A stretch of 64,000 bases of DNA from Candidatus Daviesbacteria bacterium (GCA_028687915.1 JAQTZF010000001.1:610634-674633), one strand, 5' to 3'; positions 18,855 to 28,369 are shown, counted from the stretch's first letter. Made by a program: numbers and translations. The notes: a model not told the origin generated them from the letters alone.

Positions 18855-19343
18855 ATGAAGAAATTTTGGATTCAAATTATTGCTTTAACATTAATAATCT
18901 TTGGTGGTTTATACTTTTATAGTAATCCTTCGGTTATATATATGTTTTTTCCTAACAACGCACCTATTGTGACGACAAAATTAAAGGTAGGAAATAATAT
19001 TCTAAATATAGAAATTGCTGATAATACTGAGGAAAGGGCAAAGGGTTTAAGCGGTAGAGAGAAACTAGCTTCTGATTCTGGTATGTTGTTTGTTTTTTCT
19101 GAAAGTCAAAAGTATCGGTTTTGGATGAAGGATATGAAAATTCCACTAGATATTATTTTTATAAATGAAGGTGGTGTTGTGGATCTTCTTAAAAATATTG
19201 TTCCTCCAGGCGCCAATCAAAAAGATTCTGATTTACCAATTCTTTCCCCAATTACTCCTGTGGATATGGTATTGGAGGTTAGTAGTGGATATATTGATTC
19301 TCATGGAATTAAAGTTGGAGATAGTGTTACACTTGTAAAGTAA
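18855..19343 (+). CDS. DUF192 family protein (second paralog)
   Basis: ERAKGLSGRE...GMLFVF...FWMKDMKIPLDIIFI matches DUF192 consensus. Confidence 0.6.
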   Translation: MKKFWIQIIALTLIIFGGLYFYSNPSVIYMFFPNNAPIVTTKLKVGNNILNIEIADNTEERAKGLSGREKLASDSGMLFVFSESQKYRFWMKDMKIPLDIIFINEGGVVDLLKNIVPPGANQKDSDLPILSPITPVDMVLEVSSGYIDSHGIKVGDSVTLVK

Positions 19344-19346
19344 AAC

Positions 19347-20804
19347 ATGGAAGTACTGCCGATTGAAAGCCTATCTGATTTTGAAAAAGATATATATGGC
19401 GCCAATTTGTATAATTTATCCCTTTTAAAACGATTAGATTTTCCTGTACCAAACGGTGTAATTATTTACCCCCCGGAAATTGTATTAAAAATAATTTTAC
19501 AACATTTAGAAGACAATAAAAGAGAAATATTTGAGGCAAATTTAACTTTAATTAAATCAGAAATTTCTAAAATTCCTTTGCCGCCTGAACTTTTGGATAA
19601 ACTAAAAAAAGAAACACACTATTTATTAGAAGGTTTTGTGTTTGATAAAAAAGAAGCTCTCTGGCAAAAACTTTTGAGTTTATGGCTAGATGAAATTAGA
19701 GTTAAGATTTGGAATACTGGCTTAGGAGAAGGTGTGGCTAATAATTTATCACCACAGGTAATATTTTGGAATAAAGAAAAATTTGAGATTGCAGAAGCTT
19801 ATTTTGATCCTGAAATAAAAGATGTGGCTATTTCTAATAAAAATAATCTTTCACCTCAGTTATTAAACTTGATTGATAAAACAGTTATGCTTGGTAATCA
19901 AAAATTATTTATTCCACAAATATATAGTTTTTTGATTCAAAATAATGATGCAAAAATTATTGGTGTGAAGCCTTTTACAGAGTCTTTACCTTTGGCTAAA
20001 ACCAAGGATATTGTTTTGCCTCAGGTACCACAAAGAAAAATTATTAAATCTGCTATTAAATTGTTTTTAAACCTTTCTTCAGGTTTTACTATTGATAAAG
20101 ATGTTGATGGATTATTAATAGAGGGGGAACGTGCAAAAGATTTTGATGAACTTGTATTTAGGTTATCAGAAGGGGCTTTATCATTTCCTGATAAGCCGGT
20201 TATATATAGATTACAAGATAAGGATGAAGGAGAACTTCGTGGAACCATGAGGTTACTTCATAGAAAAAATATGTTAGATGAAGCATGTAATGCACTCTTG
20301 TTTGTAAGAAATAAAAAGAATTTGCTGAATGTGGAATTATTTATTCCGCGGGTTGCATCTTTAAACGAATTTTTAGAAATGAAAAGAGAATTGGCAAGTC
20401 GTGGTATTAGTAGAAAAGGTTCAATGAAATTAGGGTTGGAGATATCCATTCCGGAAAATATTATTAATATAGAAAATTATTTAGAATCAGGCTTGGATAC
20501 AATACTTTTAGATCTGGATTTAATGCAAAAAATTATATGTGATACAAGAGATAATCAGCCGGATTTAATTAAAGAACATGTGACTACTTTAATTAAATTT
20601 ATTAGTCCTGCTTTTTTGAGTTGTCATAAGGCAAAAGTACCTATTATTGCCAGAGGGAGTGTGGTTTTACATCCTGAGATGTTAGATTTTTTGATAGAAA
20701 AAGGGGTTTGGGGAATTGTGGCAAATACTTTATCAGAAGTAAGTAATTTACCAGAACATCTTCATTGGGTGGAAAATAGGATTATTCAAAAGAAACTCTA
20801 CTAA
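19347..20804 (+). CDS. PEP-utilising-enzyme-like protein (PPDK_N-like N-terminus + PEP-utilizers TIM-barrel-like C-terminus), no central phospho-His domain
   Basis: YGANLYNL.LLKRLDFPVPNGVII ~ GGK.A.LGEL...G.PVP.GF.I; C-terminal DTILLDLDLMQ ~ GSNDLTQ motif. Confidence 0.35.
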   Translation: MEVLPIESLSDFEKDIYGANLYNLSLLKRLDFPVPNGVIIYPPEIVLKIILQHLEDNKREIFEANLTLIKSEISKIPLPPELLDKLKKETHYLLEGFVFDKKEALWQKLLSLWLDEIRVKIWNTGLGEGVANNLSPQVIFWNKEKFEIAEAYFDPEIKDVAISNKNNLSPQLLNLIDKTVMLGNQKLFIPQIYSFLIQNNDAKIIGVKPFTESLPLAKTKDIVLPQVPQRKIIKSAIKLFLNLSSGFTIDKDVDGLLIEGERAKDFDELVFRLSEGALSFPDKPVIYRLQDKDEGELRGTMRLLHRKNMLDEACNALLFVRNKKNLLNVELFIPRVASLNEFLEMKRELASRGISRKGSMKLGLEISIPENIINIENYLESGLDTILLDLDLMQKIICDTRDNQPDLIKEHVTTLIKFISPAFLSCHKAKVPIIARGSVVLHPEMLDFLIEKGVWGIVANTLSEVSNLPEHLHWVENRIIQKKLY

Positions 20805-20871
20805 TTAGGCTTAAAAATATTTATTGGTGAAGTTGCAAATTATAGAAGATTAGATATAAAATTAATTAAGT

Positions 20872-21273
20872 ATGGATCAAGAAACTGCCCCAAAACAATC
20901 TGTAAAAGAGGAATCAGGAGTTGATGTTATAGAGGAGCAAGTTGTAGCTGCGCAACCAAAAGTTGAATTGCAACCTGTTTCTAATAAAAAGAAAATTGTG
21001 TTAATTAGTTTAATTATTCTTGTGTTTTTAAGTATAAGTATCTATTTTTTTGTAATTAATCCTGGTGGTTCTATATTAAATATGTTTTTTAATAAAAAGA
21101 ATACCAGTAGTATTCAACCTACTCCAACCCCTTTGGTAACTAATACTGTGGATGTTTCTGATCCACAAATTGATAAAGATATTCAGGCTTTGAATATAAA
21201 AGTAACAAGTTTGGATACTGATTTTAGTAATATTGATGATGGTTTAAACGATAATCCAGTTGATAATGAATAA
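20872..21273 (+). CDS. hypothetical membrane protein
   Basis: single TM helix (IVLISLIILVFLSISIYFFVI). Confidence 0.35.
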   Translation: MDQETAPKQSVKEESGVDVIEEQVVAAQPKVELQPVSNKKKIVLISLIILVFLSISIYFFVINPGGSILNMFFNKKNTSSIQPTPTPLVTNTVDVSDPQIDKDIQALNIKVTSLDTDFSNIDDGLNDNPVDNE

Positions 21274-22051
21274 ATATAAGTTTTTTATCATTTTAATATT
21301 AGTAATTATGGCTACATTTGGAGTCTATAATAATACTTTGGCAGAAAGCTCTACTGAATCTGCTGTAAAAGCAGAGAAACTAACCCAAAAAGAAGAGGTT
21401 TTACGAAATAAAACAGAACTTGAGATAAATCGCAGATTAACTTCTTTATCAAATTTAAATACAAGAGTAGAAGCAATGAAAAAGTTAAGTAATGAAAGCA
21501 AAAACACCCTTATTTTACAAGTTCAGGATCAAATAAATAGCTTAAATGCTTTAAAACTTAAAATACAAAATGATTCTGATATTCAATCTTTTAAAGATGA
21601 TCGCTTAGCTATAACTGAAGAGTACCGTATTTATCTATTATTTATCCCAAAAATGCATATTTTAGCTGCTTCTGATAGGATTTTTGAAATAACAGCAGAT
21701 ATGGATAAGTTAGTTTCTAAGATGCAAACAAGAATTGATTCTGAAAAAAAGAAGGGTAAAGATATTACAACTATGCAATCAAATCTGGATAATATTAAAA
21801 GTAAAATAACAGACGCAAATACTCAGGCTAAGGCAGCCACGGATTTAGTTACATTATTGGTTCCGGATCAGGGTAATAAAAGTAAATTTGCTGCAAATAA
21901 ACAAGCCTTACAGGATGCAAGAAAAAAGTTAGTGTTAGCAAAACAAGATCTAAGTTTGGTAAAACAAGGTTTTGAACAAATTAGACAAGATCTAAATCCT
22001 TCAAGCAGTTCTTCAGCAACCCCTTCTGCAATTAAAACTAAGTTACGGTAA
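21260..22051 (+). CDS. secreted coiled-coil hypothetical protein
   Basis: signal peptide; heptad-like charged repeats. Confidence 0.4.
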   Translation: MIMNKYKFFIILILVIMATFGVYNNTLAESSTESAVKAEKLTQKEEVLRNKTELEINRRLTSLSNLNTRVEAMKKLSNESKNTLILQVQDQINSLNALKLKIQNDSDIQSFKDDRLAITEEYRIYLLFIPKMHILAASDRIFEITADMDKLVSKMQTRIDSEKKKGKDITTMQSNLDNIKSKITDANTQAKAATDLVTLLVPDQGNKSKFAANKQALQDARKKLVLAKQDLSLVKQGFEQIRQDLNPSSSSSATPSAIKTKLR

Positions 22052-22062
22052 TAACTTATAGT

Positions 22063-22091
22063 TTGACTTCAGCCACAAGAAAGCCTATAAT
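22063..22091 (+). promoter_or_regulatory. consensus sigma70-type promoter TTGACT-17-TATAAT; -10 ends 11 nt before ATG 22103 (leaderless-like)
   Basis: TTGACT 22063-22068, 17-nt spacer, TATAAT 22086-22091. Confidence 0.45.
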
Positions 22092-22102
22092 TATTCATTA
22101 TA

Positions 22103-23005
22103 ATGCTTGAAAGTTTCCCTCAACGGGTTATTAGACATATTAAAAACGGAGAATTTGATCCGAAGACCCTCTTAACCGGTTTATCTCAAGCTAAAAACTT
22201 GGTCACAAAATGTAAAGTCTATGAAGGTGGGTTGAGGTTTATGGTAAACCGTCCGAATTTTATGGGAATTGAGGATCTTGCTGTTGCCGAATATTCATAT
22301 TCTGACGAGCTGGTTGATGAGTCTTTTCCTGCTAGTCTAAGAGTTTATGATTTTCCCTTAAGAAGCAGAGTAATACCTATTTTAACCAGTAAAGCAGGGG
22401 CTATGCATACTTCGGAGTCAATAGATGAAGTTGATGGGGCAATAGCTACATTTTCGGGACCAACTTTTATAAGAGGGGATTATATACCAAATAATGGATT
22501 CTATTTCCATGGGGCTACTGTTAAAAATGATTTCTGTGAGACCAGTCCTCCCGGCCAAAGAAGAGGAGCTTTTGGTTTTAAATTAGACGGTACTTTAGAG
22601 TTAATGACAGATAAAGAAAAATGGCAAGTGGTTCACGAAGAATTTAAAGGATATCAAGCACTAATAGGAACATCATTCTATTTTCTTAGTCGTGACCTAA
22701 TAGGAGAGCATACTGAACCGACCAGTGCTTTATCCAGAAGAAACCAGTTATCTTATTTATTTCAATATCATACTAAGGCTCATACCAAACGAATAGGCTT
22801 TGCAATTTCTGATGAATTGATATCAAGGTATGATATGAAATTTGCACTTGATGATTATATTAGAAGATCAAAAGGTATCCAGTATAAAGCGGTTGAATTG
22901 GAGCGTAGCAGGTGCACCTGTATTGTTAAAAATAATGGTCAAACAGATGCGTATATCGGGCAAGGTTTCTTCCGAAGAGATCATTATGTTGTCGTTTTAG
23001 ACTAA
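22103..23005 (+). CDS. hypothetical protein
   Basis: 300-aa ORF, no family recognised. Confidence 0.4.
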   Translation: MLESFPQRVIRHIKNGEFDPKTLLTGLSQAKNLVTKCKVYEGGLRFMVNRPNFMGIEDLAVAEYSYSDELVDESFPASLRVYDFPLRSRVIPILTSKAGAMHTSESIDEVDGAIATFSGPTFIRGDYIPNNGFYFHGATVKNDFCETSPPGQRRGAFGFKLDGTLELMTDKEKWQVVHEEFKGYQALIGTSFYFLSRDLIGEHTEPTSALSRRNQLSYLFQYHTKAHTKRIGFAISDELISRYDMKFALDDYIRRSKGIQYKAVELERSRCTCIVKNNGQTDAYIGQGFFRRDHYVVVLD

Positions 23006-23674
23006 ATTTAGAAGAAGAACATATTCTCCTTTTGGAGACTGTTTTTTAAAGTCTGCTAGCCATTTAGAAATTGTTTGGGATTTTACATTTTGATGAATTT
23101 TAGTTAATTCTTTTGCTAAAACTACCTCGAAATTATCTCCATAAATTGTTTCCATATCTTCCAGTGTTCTAATTAGTTTATGGGGAGCAACATAAGCTAT
23201 AAAAGTAGAGGCTAGCTGCTCGTTAATCAAAGTAAGTTTTTTGAGTAGCCCTGTTCTTTTGCCCTGTTTTTCTGGCAGGTAACCTAAAAACATAAACTTA
23301 TCAGGTGGTAATCCGGATAGAGTTAATGCAGTAATAGCTGCTGTTGGGCCTGGTAGGGAATCTACTACAATATCTTGTGCTATACATTCCTTAATTAATT
23401 TATATCCTGGATCAGAAATTAAGGGAGTCCCAGCATCTGATACCAGAACTAAATTTTCGCCATTTTGTAATCTGGAAATAATTAAAGGAAAAGTTCTTGC
23501 TTCATTATTATCATTTAAAACTACCATTGGTTTTTTAATTTCAAAATGATGAAGAAGTAAACCGGTGTGTCTTGAGTCTTCACAAATTACTGCATCACAG
23601 GCCTTTAGAGCTTCAAGTGCTCTTAAACTGATATCTTTTAAATTTCCTATAGGTGTTGATACAATGATTAACAT
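22997..23674 (-). CDS. rsmI: 16S rRNA (cytidine1402-2'-O)-methyltransferase RsmI
   Basis: MLIIVSTPIGNLKDISLRALEAL...CEDSRHT tetrapyrrole-methylase-type RsmI motifs. Confidence 0.85.
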   Translation of the reverse strand: MLIIVSTPIGNLKDISLRALEALKACDAVICEDSRHTGLLLHHFEIKKPMVVLNDNNEARTFPLIISRLQNGENLVLVSDAGTPLISDPGYKLIKECIAQDIVVDSLPGPTAAITALTLSGLPPDKFMFLGYLPEKQGKRTGLLKKLTLINEQLASTFIAYVAPHKLIRTLEDMETIYGDNFEVVLAKELTKIHQNVKSQTISKWLADFKKQSPKGEYVLLLNLV

Positions 23675-24290
23675 GATTGAAAGTTTAGCATCCTGGATAA
23701 TAAATGTCATCTCGACTTTGGGCTACCCTGGAATTATAGTAACTATGGCGATCGAATCTGCCTTAATTCCACTTCCTTCAGAAATAATTATGCCATTTTC
23801 TGGTTATCTTGCATCAGTTGGGAAATTTAGCTTATTAGGAGTTGCCTTAGCAGGCGCTGTGGGAAATCTTCTTGGCTCTTTAGTTGCTTATGCCATTGGT
23901 TATTATGGTCATGAAAAATTAGTTAGAAGATTTATTAGAAAATTCGGGAAATGGATTTTGATTTCAGAAGATGAGCTTGATGAAACTGAAAAATTATTAC
24001 ACAAATATAAGGATTTGGTAGTTTTAGGAAGCAGGGTAGTTCCAGGAATTAGAACAGTAATATCCTTACCTTGTGGTTTTGCCAAGCTTCCAATCTATAG
24101 ATTTATCATAATGACTTTTATTGGTTCATTTATTTGGTCATATCTTCTGGCATGGATTGGATTTTTTATGGGAGAAAATTGGGATACTTTAGGGCCATAC
24201 TTTCATAAAGTGGATGCTGTTATTGTTGTTTTGATATTAATTGCAGGTGGACTTTATATTCGTTATAAGCTTAAAAAGAATAAGAAGTAA
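23664..24290 (+). CDS. DedA family membrane protein (start uncertain 23664/23673; 5' end overlaps rsmI start on opposite strand)
   Basis: GYPGIIVTMAIESALIPLPSE and downstream DedA (SNARE-associated) TM pattern. Confidence 0.8.
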   Translation: MINMIESLASWIINVISTLGYPGIIVTMAIESALIPLPSEIIMPFSGYLASVGKFSLLGVALAGAVGNLLGSLVAYAIGYYGHEKLVRRFIRKFGKWILISEDELDETEKLLHKYKDLVVLGSRVVPGIRTVISLPCGFAKLPIYRFIIMTFIGSFIWSYLLAWIGFFMGENWDTLGPYFHKVDAVIVVLILIAGGLYIRYKLKKNKK

Positions 24291-24363
24291 TGGCTTTCCT
24301 CTGAATCCTGCAGAACATGAAAAAGGAATTGACAAATAGCCTTATAAGGAATATTATTGGCTA

Positions 24364-24774
24364 ATGTCAACAGAAAATTCAATTAAGTCCGAAGAATATA
24401 GTTTGATGCCAGACGGATTATTACCTCAAAAAACAACAAGAGCTTCAACGCTACTAATACCTACTGGTTTATCAATATTGATATCTGTAGGTATTTTAGG
24501 AATGAGCCAGATGGAAAATGTATCAGCGACGGGTCAACAGGATGTCGTTAATCTTACATCTGAGTCTACCATATGTGCTCAGGTTATAACCAAAGTTAGA
24601 AGCAGGATAAACGGTGAAATTTGGATGTCTCCGGATACTTGTTTTGAAAGAGATATTTGGGAATATATAACTCCAGGTGCTGAAGACGGTGAACTTTTTT
24701 ATAATTATATACCCAGTGTAACGAAGCCAAGAGATACTTTTCGTGTAGGACCACAGCCTTATTCTTATCCCTAA
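24364..24774 (+). CDS. hypothetical membrane-anchored protein
   Basis: single TM, no family. Confidence 0.35.
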   Translation: MSTENSIKSEEYSLMPDGLLPQKTTRASTLLIPTGLSILISVGILGMSQMENVSATGQQDVVNLTSESTICAQVITKVRSRINGEIWMSPDTCFERDIWEYITPGAEDGELFYNYIPSVTKPRDTFRVGPQPYSYP

Positions 24775-24778
24775 GCGA

Positions 24779-25393
24779 TTAGAATCTTCTTATAACACCA
24801 ACACATTTACCCTGGATTTTAACATCTGTTGCATAAATTGGTTCCATAGCAGAATTAGCAGGTTCTAATCTAATTCTTGTAGCTTCTCTGTAATATTTCT
24901 TTAATGTAGCTAAACCATTTTCAAGTAGCGCAACTACGATTTCTCCATTATTGGCAGAGGTTTGTTCTTCAATGACAACATAATCACCATCTAAAATTCC
25001 TTCTTCTATCATGGAATCACCTTTAACCTGAAGTACAAAAGAGCGTTTTTTACCAGTGATCATATTGGTAGGAACATTAACTGTGGCATTAGGGTCTGTA
25101 TAAACCATAATTGGTTGTCCTGCAGCAATATAACCCAAAATTGGCAATTCAATACCTTTAAGAGATTGTGAAACTTGCATATCTAAAACCTCGATGCCTC
25201 TAATTGCTCCTTCAAACTTTTTAATTAAGCCTTTATGTACCAGAGCTTGTAAATGTTCATGAACTGTTGCTAATGAAGATACTCCAAGGCAATTAGCGAT
25301 TTCTGCTAAAGTAGGTGAGTAACCATACTTTTCAATATATTGTTTTAGAAAATCTAATATTTGTTTTTGGCGTTTATATAAGGTTATTGGCAT
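24779..25393 (-). CDS. lexA: LexA repressor (S24 peptidase)
   Basis: N-terminal wHTH (SPTLAEIANCLGVSSLATVHEHLQAL), C-terminal GDSMIEEGI..GDYVVI self-cleavage domain; start at MPITLYK. Confidence 0.85.
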   Translation of the reverse strand: MPITLYKRQKQILDFLKQYIEKYGYSPTLAEIANCLGVSSLATVHEHLQALVHKGLIKKFEGAIRGIEVLDMQVSQSLKGIELPILGYIAAGQPIMVYTDPNATVNVPTNMITGKKRSFVLQVKGDSMIEEGILDGDYVVIEEQTSANNGEIVVALLENGLATLKKYYREATRIRLEPANSAMEPIYATDVKIQGKCVGVIRRF

Positions 25394-25446
25394 ATCTTTA
25401 GTTCGCTTTTTGTTTGTGTATTTACCATACCAAAGACAACCCGAAC

Positions 25447-25476
25447 GTGTCAATATACCAATTTGGTGCTTGACAC
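25447..25476. promoter_or_regulatory. inverted repeat GTGTCAA-N16-TTGACAC overlapping candidate lexA -35 (TTGACA); putative operator
   Basis: 7-bp perfect arms read from sequence, 54-83 nt upstream of lexA ATG. Confidence 0.25.
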
Positions 25477-25647
25477 TTATAGTAAATTTTCCTTATAAAT
25501 TAACTAGAGGTTATATAAATGTAACACTAAACTATAATATTTTACCCATGTTTTTGCCTAATATTTATAAAATTATAGCGTATTCTAGGACTTGAACCAG
25601 TTAACTACTGGTTTTTTTGTGCCTTAAAAAGGAAGGAGGTGAGAAAA

Positions 25648-26247
25648 ATGAATAAAATATTAATGAGTTTGTTAATGATCATTATGGTTGCAACAGTTGC
25701 AACCGGAGCTACAAATGCTTATCTTTCTGATACAGAAACCAGCACAGGAAACACCTTTGCTGCTGGAAGTTTAGACTTAAATGTGGATGGAGGTAATACA
25801 AACGTAGTTAAATTTAATGTTTCTAATTTAAGACCAGGTAATCAACCGATAGGTACATGGAGATTAAATAACGTCGGTACATTAAACGGCTACTTAAATT
25901 TAAAGAACATTGCATTAACCAACGCAGGAGGTGCATTTACTGACCCAGAGGCTGAGGCTGGAGACCCAGAAAATGCTGGTAATTTAGGAACCTTGCTGGA
26001 TGTTCAGCTTTTTGTTGATACAGATGGTAATGGTTGGGTGGGAACAGGAGAACCAGTTCTATATTCCGGCCCTTTTGGTGGTTTAGCTGATCACTATAAC
26101 CAAAACTTACTTATCCCAGCAGGTGGCGCAAATTATGTTACCTTGCAAGTAAACTGGCATTCACATGCCGGAACGCTTGATAATAAAGGACAGGGGGACA
26201 CTGCAACCCTGGATATGACCTTTGAATTAGATCAGAGCCCAATTTAA
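25648..26247 (+). CDS. TasA/camelysin-like secreted protein with SipW-cognate-type N-terminus (listed ORF starts at GTG 25639)
   Basis: RBS GGAAGGAGGTG; AYLSDTETSTGNTFAAGSLDLNV matches TasA/CalY N-terminal consensus. Confidence 0.6.
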   Translation: MNKILMSLLMIIMVATVATGATNAYLSDTETSTGNTFAAGSLDLNVDGGNTNVVKFNVSNLRPGNQPIGTWRLNNVGTLNGYLNLKNIALTNAGGAFTDPEAEAGDPENAGNLGTLLDVQLFVDTDGNGWVGTGEPVLYSGPFGGLADHYNQNLLIPAGGANYVTLQVNWHSHAGTLDNKGQGDTATLDMTFELDQSPI

Positions 26248-26262
26248 GCAGGAGGAGGTTTT

Positions 26263-26293
26263 GAAGGAAGGGTTAATTATTAACCCTTCCTTC
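26263..26293 (+). terminator. 31-bp perfect palindrome (GAAGGAAGGGTTAAT-T-ATTAACCCTTCCTTC) between TasA-like gene and second sipW-like gene
   Basis: 15-nt perfect arms; same arrangement as 8418-8443. Confidence 0.4.
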
Positions 26294-26339
26294 GCCTTAC
26301 TAAGTCACTTAATTAGTATATATAGTTTAAGTAAAAATA

Positions 26340-26948
26340 ATGAAAAAAGCAGGTAAAATTTTATACGGAATAGTTTTAATAACTCTGATTTTAGTAGCTG
26401 GATTAACAGCGTTTTCTGCCTTAACTATTCGGGGTAGTTATAAGTTAATGATAGTTCAGTCAGGATCTATGGAGCCTTTTATTAAAACCGGTAGTATCGT
26501 GGTTATTAAGCCTGAAGATAATTATCAAATAGGGGATGTTATAACATTCAAAGATCCAGGAAAGCCAAAAATAACGGTTACTCATAGAATTAATGAAATA
26601 CAAAATGAATCTGGCATGATTTCGTTTATTACCAAAGGGGATGCCAATAAATCTTCTGACGCTGCTAAAATCAGCAAGAATCAGATTTTAGGGAAAGAGA
26701 TTTTATCTATTCCCTGGATAGGATATTTAATTAATTTTGCCAAAACAAGTCAGGGTCTAATTATTTTAGTGATTATTCCGTCTGTGGTTATTGTTTATTC
26801 AGAAATTTTAAATATAAAAAAAGAAGCGCAGAGACTTATTAAGGAGAGGAAGAGCAGAAAATTAACATTAAAGGAAAAAATAGAAGAACAGGTTGGAGAA
26901 GAGATTATTGCTGTGGAAGAAAAGATTAATAAGGTAGTGAAGAAGTAA
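26340..26948 (+). CDS. sipW: ER/archaeal-type signal peptidase I (SipW-like), second copy
   Basis: IVQSGSMEPFIKTGSIVVIKPE ... THRI motifs. Confidence 0.8.
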   Translation: MKKAGKILYGIVLITLILVAGLTAFSALTIRGSYKLMIVQSGSMEPFIKTGSIVVIKPEDNYQIGDVITFKDPGKPKITVTHRINEIQNESGMISFITKGDANKSSDAAKISKNQILGKEILSIPWIGYLINFAKTSQGLIILVIIPSVVIVYSEILNIKKEAQRLIKERKSRKLTLKEKIEEQVGEEIIAVEEKINKVVKK

Positions 26949-26953
26949 GAAAA

Positions 26954-28369
26954 ATGATTATTAAGAAAATTATAAAATTACTGTTTCTAATTTCAGTCTT
27001 TTTTCTGCTTAATATTTCATCAGATACAGATGCCTACTTGTTGGACAATGAACCCTCTGTAGCTAATATCTTTTCTGCTTCAACATTGGATTTATCTATA
27101 AGAGACACAACTGATAACAGCTTTCTGATTTCTCCTATTTTTAATTCAACGGGAATCGTTCCCGGATATTCTCAGTCTAAGGTTATTAGAATTAGAAAAG
27201 ATGGGTTGGAAGACTTTAAATACCAGTTTTCAGCATTACAAATAACTGGTGACAATGATCTTTGTAATTCTCTTAATATATCTGTAAGCCTTGGAGGCAT
27301 TGTCAGATATAATGGTAGTTTATTAGGTTTAAACTTAACCACTCCACAAAATATTAGTTCTTCTGGTCAGGATGATTGGGCTTTAGTTTTAAGCTTTAAT
27401 AATAACAGCTCAGTTTTAAGGGGTAAAAGTTGTGATTTTAGCTTTGTTGTTAGGGGATGGCAGCTAGATAGCGAAGAAACTTCAGGGTTTCAGGATACAC
27501 ATACTTTAAATAATAGTATTTTAGTGGCTTCAGAAGAGAGTAATAGAAGTGTGATAATAAATGAGGTGATGTGGATGGGATCTACAGGATCTTCTGCTGA
27601 TGAATGGATAGAGCTTCGAAATACCACTGATCACGATGTAGATATTAGTAAATGGATTCTGGAAAATTCAAAAGATAGCAGTAATAGAAAATTAATGATT
27701 TCAGCTAATAAAAGTATTCCTGCACATGGTTATTTTTTAATTGCCAATTATCCAAAAACAAGTGCAAACTCAACTCTTAATGTAGATGTGGATGAAGTGG
27801 CTAATTTAGAGCTTCTTAACTCTAATAATGGAAATATTATCTTAAAAAATGAAGATGGAGTTATTATTGATCAGGCAAAAGGCGATAGTTGGCCTGCAGG
27901 TCAAAACGGAACAAAAAAACAATCTATGGAAAGAAATGATACTCCTGGTGATGGATTAATAGCAGGTAGTTGGCATACATGTATTGATGCTGGTTGCAAT
28001 GATTTAACTTATTGGGATACTGAAGGGAATAATTATGGAACTCCTAAATCAGCAAATTTATCCAATGAGGCTAATATTAATTTAATTATCTCAGAAGATT
28101 ATAAAACTTTAGGTTTTAAAGTGTTTAATATTAGCGGATTTAGAAAATTAAAATATTTACTTACATATGAAACTGACACAATTTCTGATGGTGTGTCTGG
28201 AACAGTGGGTCTTGGTGGGGAAAGTGAATATGGGATTGATGGTATAAAACTAGGAACATGCTCTGCAGGCGGAACTTGTACTTATTATAGTGGAATTCAT
28301 AATATGAAGATTGTAATTGAACTGGAAGATTATGCAGGAGTCACTTCTATTTTAGAAAAAGATCTGTAG
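26954..28369 (+). CDS. secreted protein: TasA-like SipW-cognate N-terminus + lamin-tail-domain (LTD)
   Basis: DAYLLDNEPSVANIFSASTLDLSI; LTD motif VIINEVMWMG....DEWIELRNTTDHDVDISKWIL...GYFLIAN. Confidence 0.55.
   Translation: MIIKKIIKLLFLISVFFLLNISSDTDAYLLDNEPSVANIFSASTLDLSIRDTTDNSFLISPIFNSTGIVPGYSQSKVIRIRKDGLEDFKYQFSALQITGDNDLCNSLNISVSLGGIVRYNGSLLGLNLTTPQNISSSGQDDWALVLSFNNNSSVLRGKSCDFSFVVRGWQLDSEETSGFQDTHTLNNSILVASEESNRSVIINEVMWMGSTGSSADEWIELRNTTDHDVDISKWILENSKDSSNRKLMISANKSIPAHGYFLIANYPKTSANSTLNVDVDEVANLELLNSNNGNIILKNEDGVIIDQAKGDSWPAGQNGTKKQSMERNDTPGDGLIAGSWHTCIDAGCNDLTYWDTEGNNYGTPKSANLSNEANINLIISEDYKTLGFKVFNISGFRKLKYLLTYETDTISDGVSGTVGLGGESEYGIDGIKLGTCSAGGTCTYYSGIHNMKIVIELEDYAGVTSILEKDL

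Noticed and set aside
14343-19343. Two DUF192 paralogs (14343-14678, 18855-19343) flanking the MacAB-like efflux/thermonuclease block as a functional system
   Set aside because: DUF192 is widespread and function unknown; no sequence evidence linking them to the transporter beyond proximity.
23664-23674. Apparent divergent overlap of rsmI and dedA start codons
   Set aside because: Depends on start-codon choice for both genes (alternatives 23673 for dedA, 23710 for rsmI); most likely an annotation ambiguity rather than biology.
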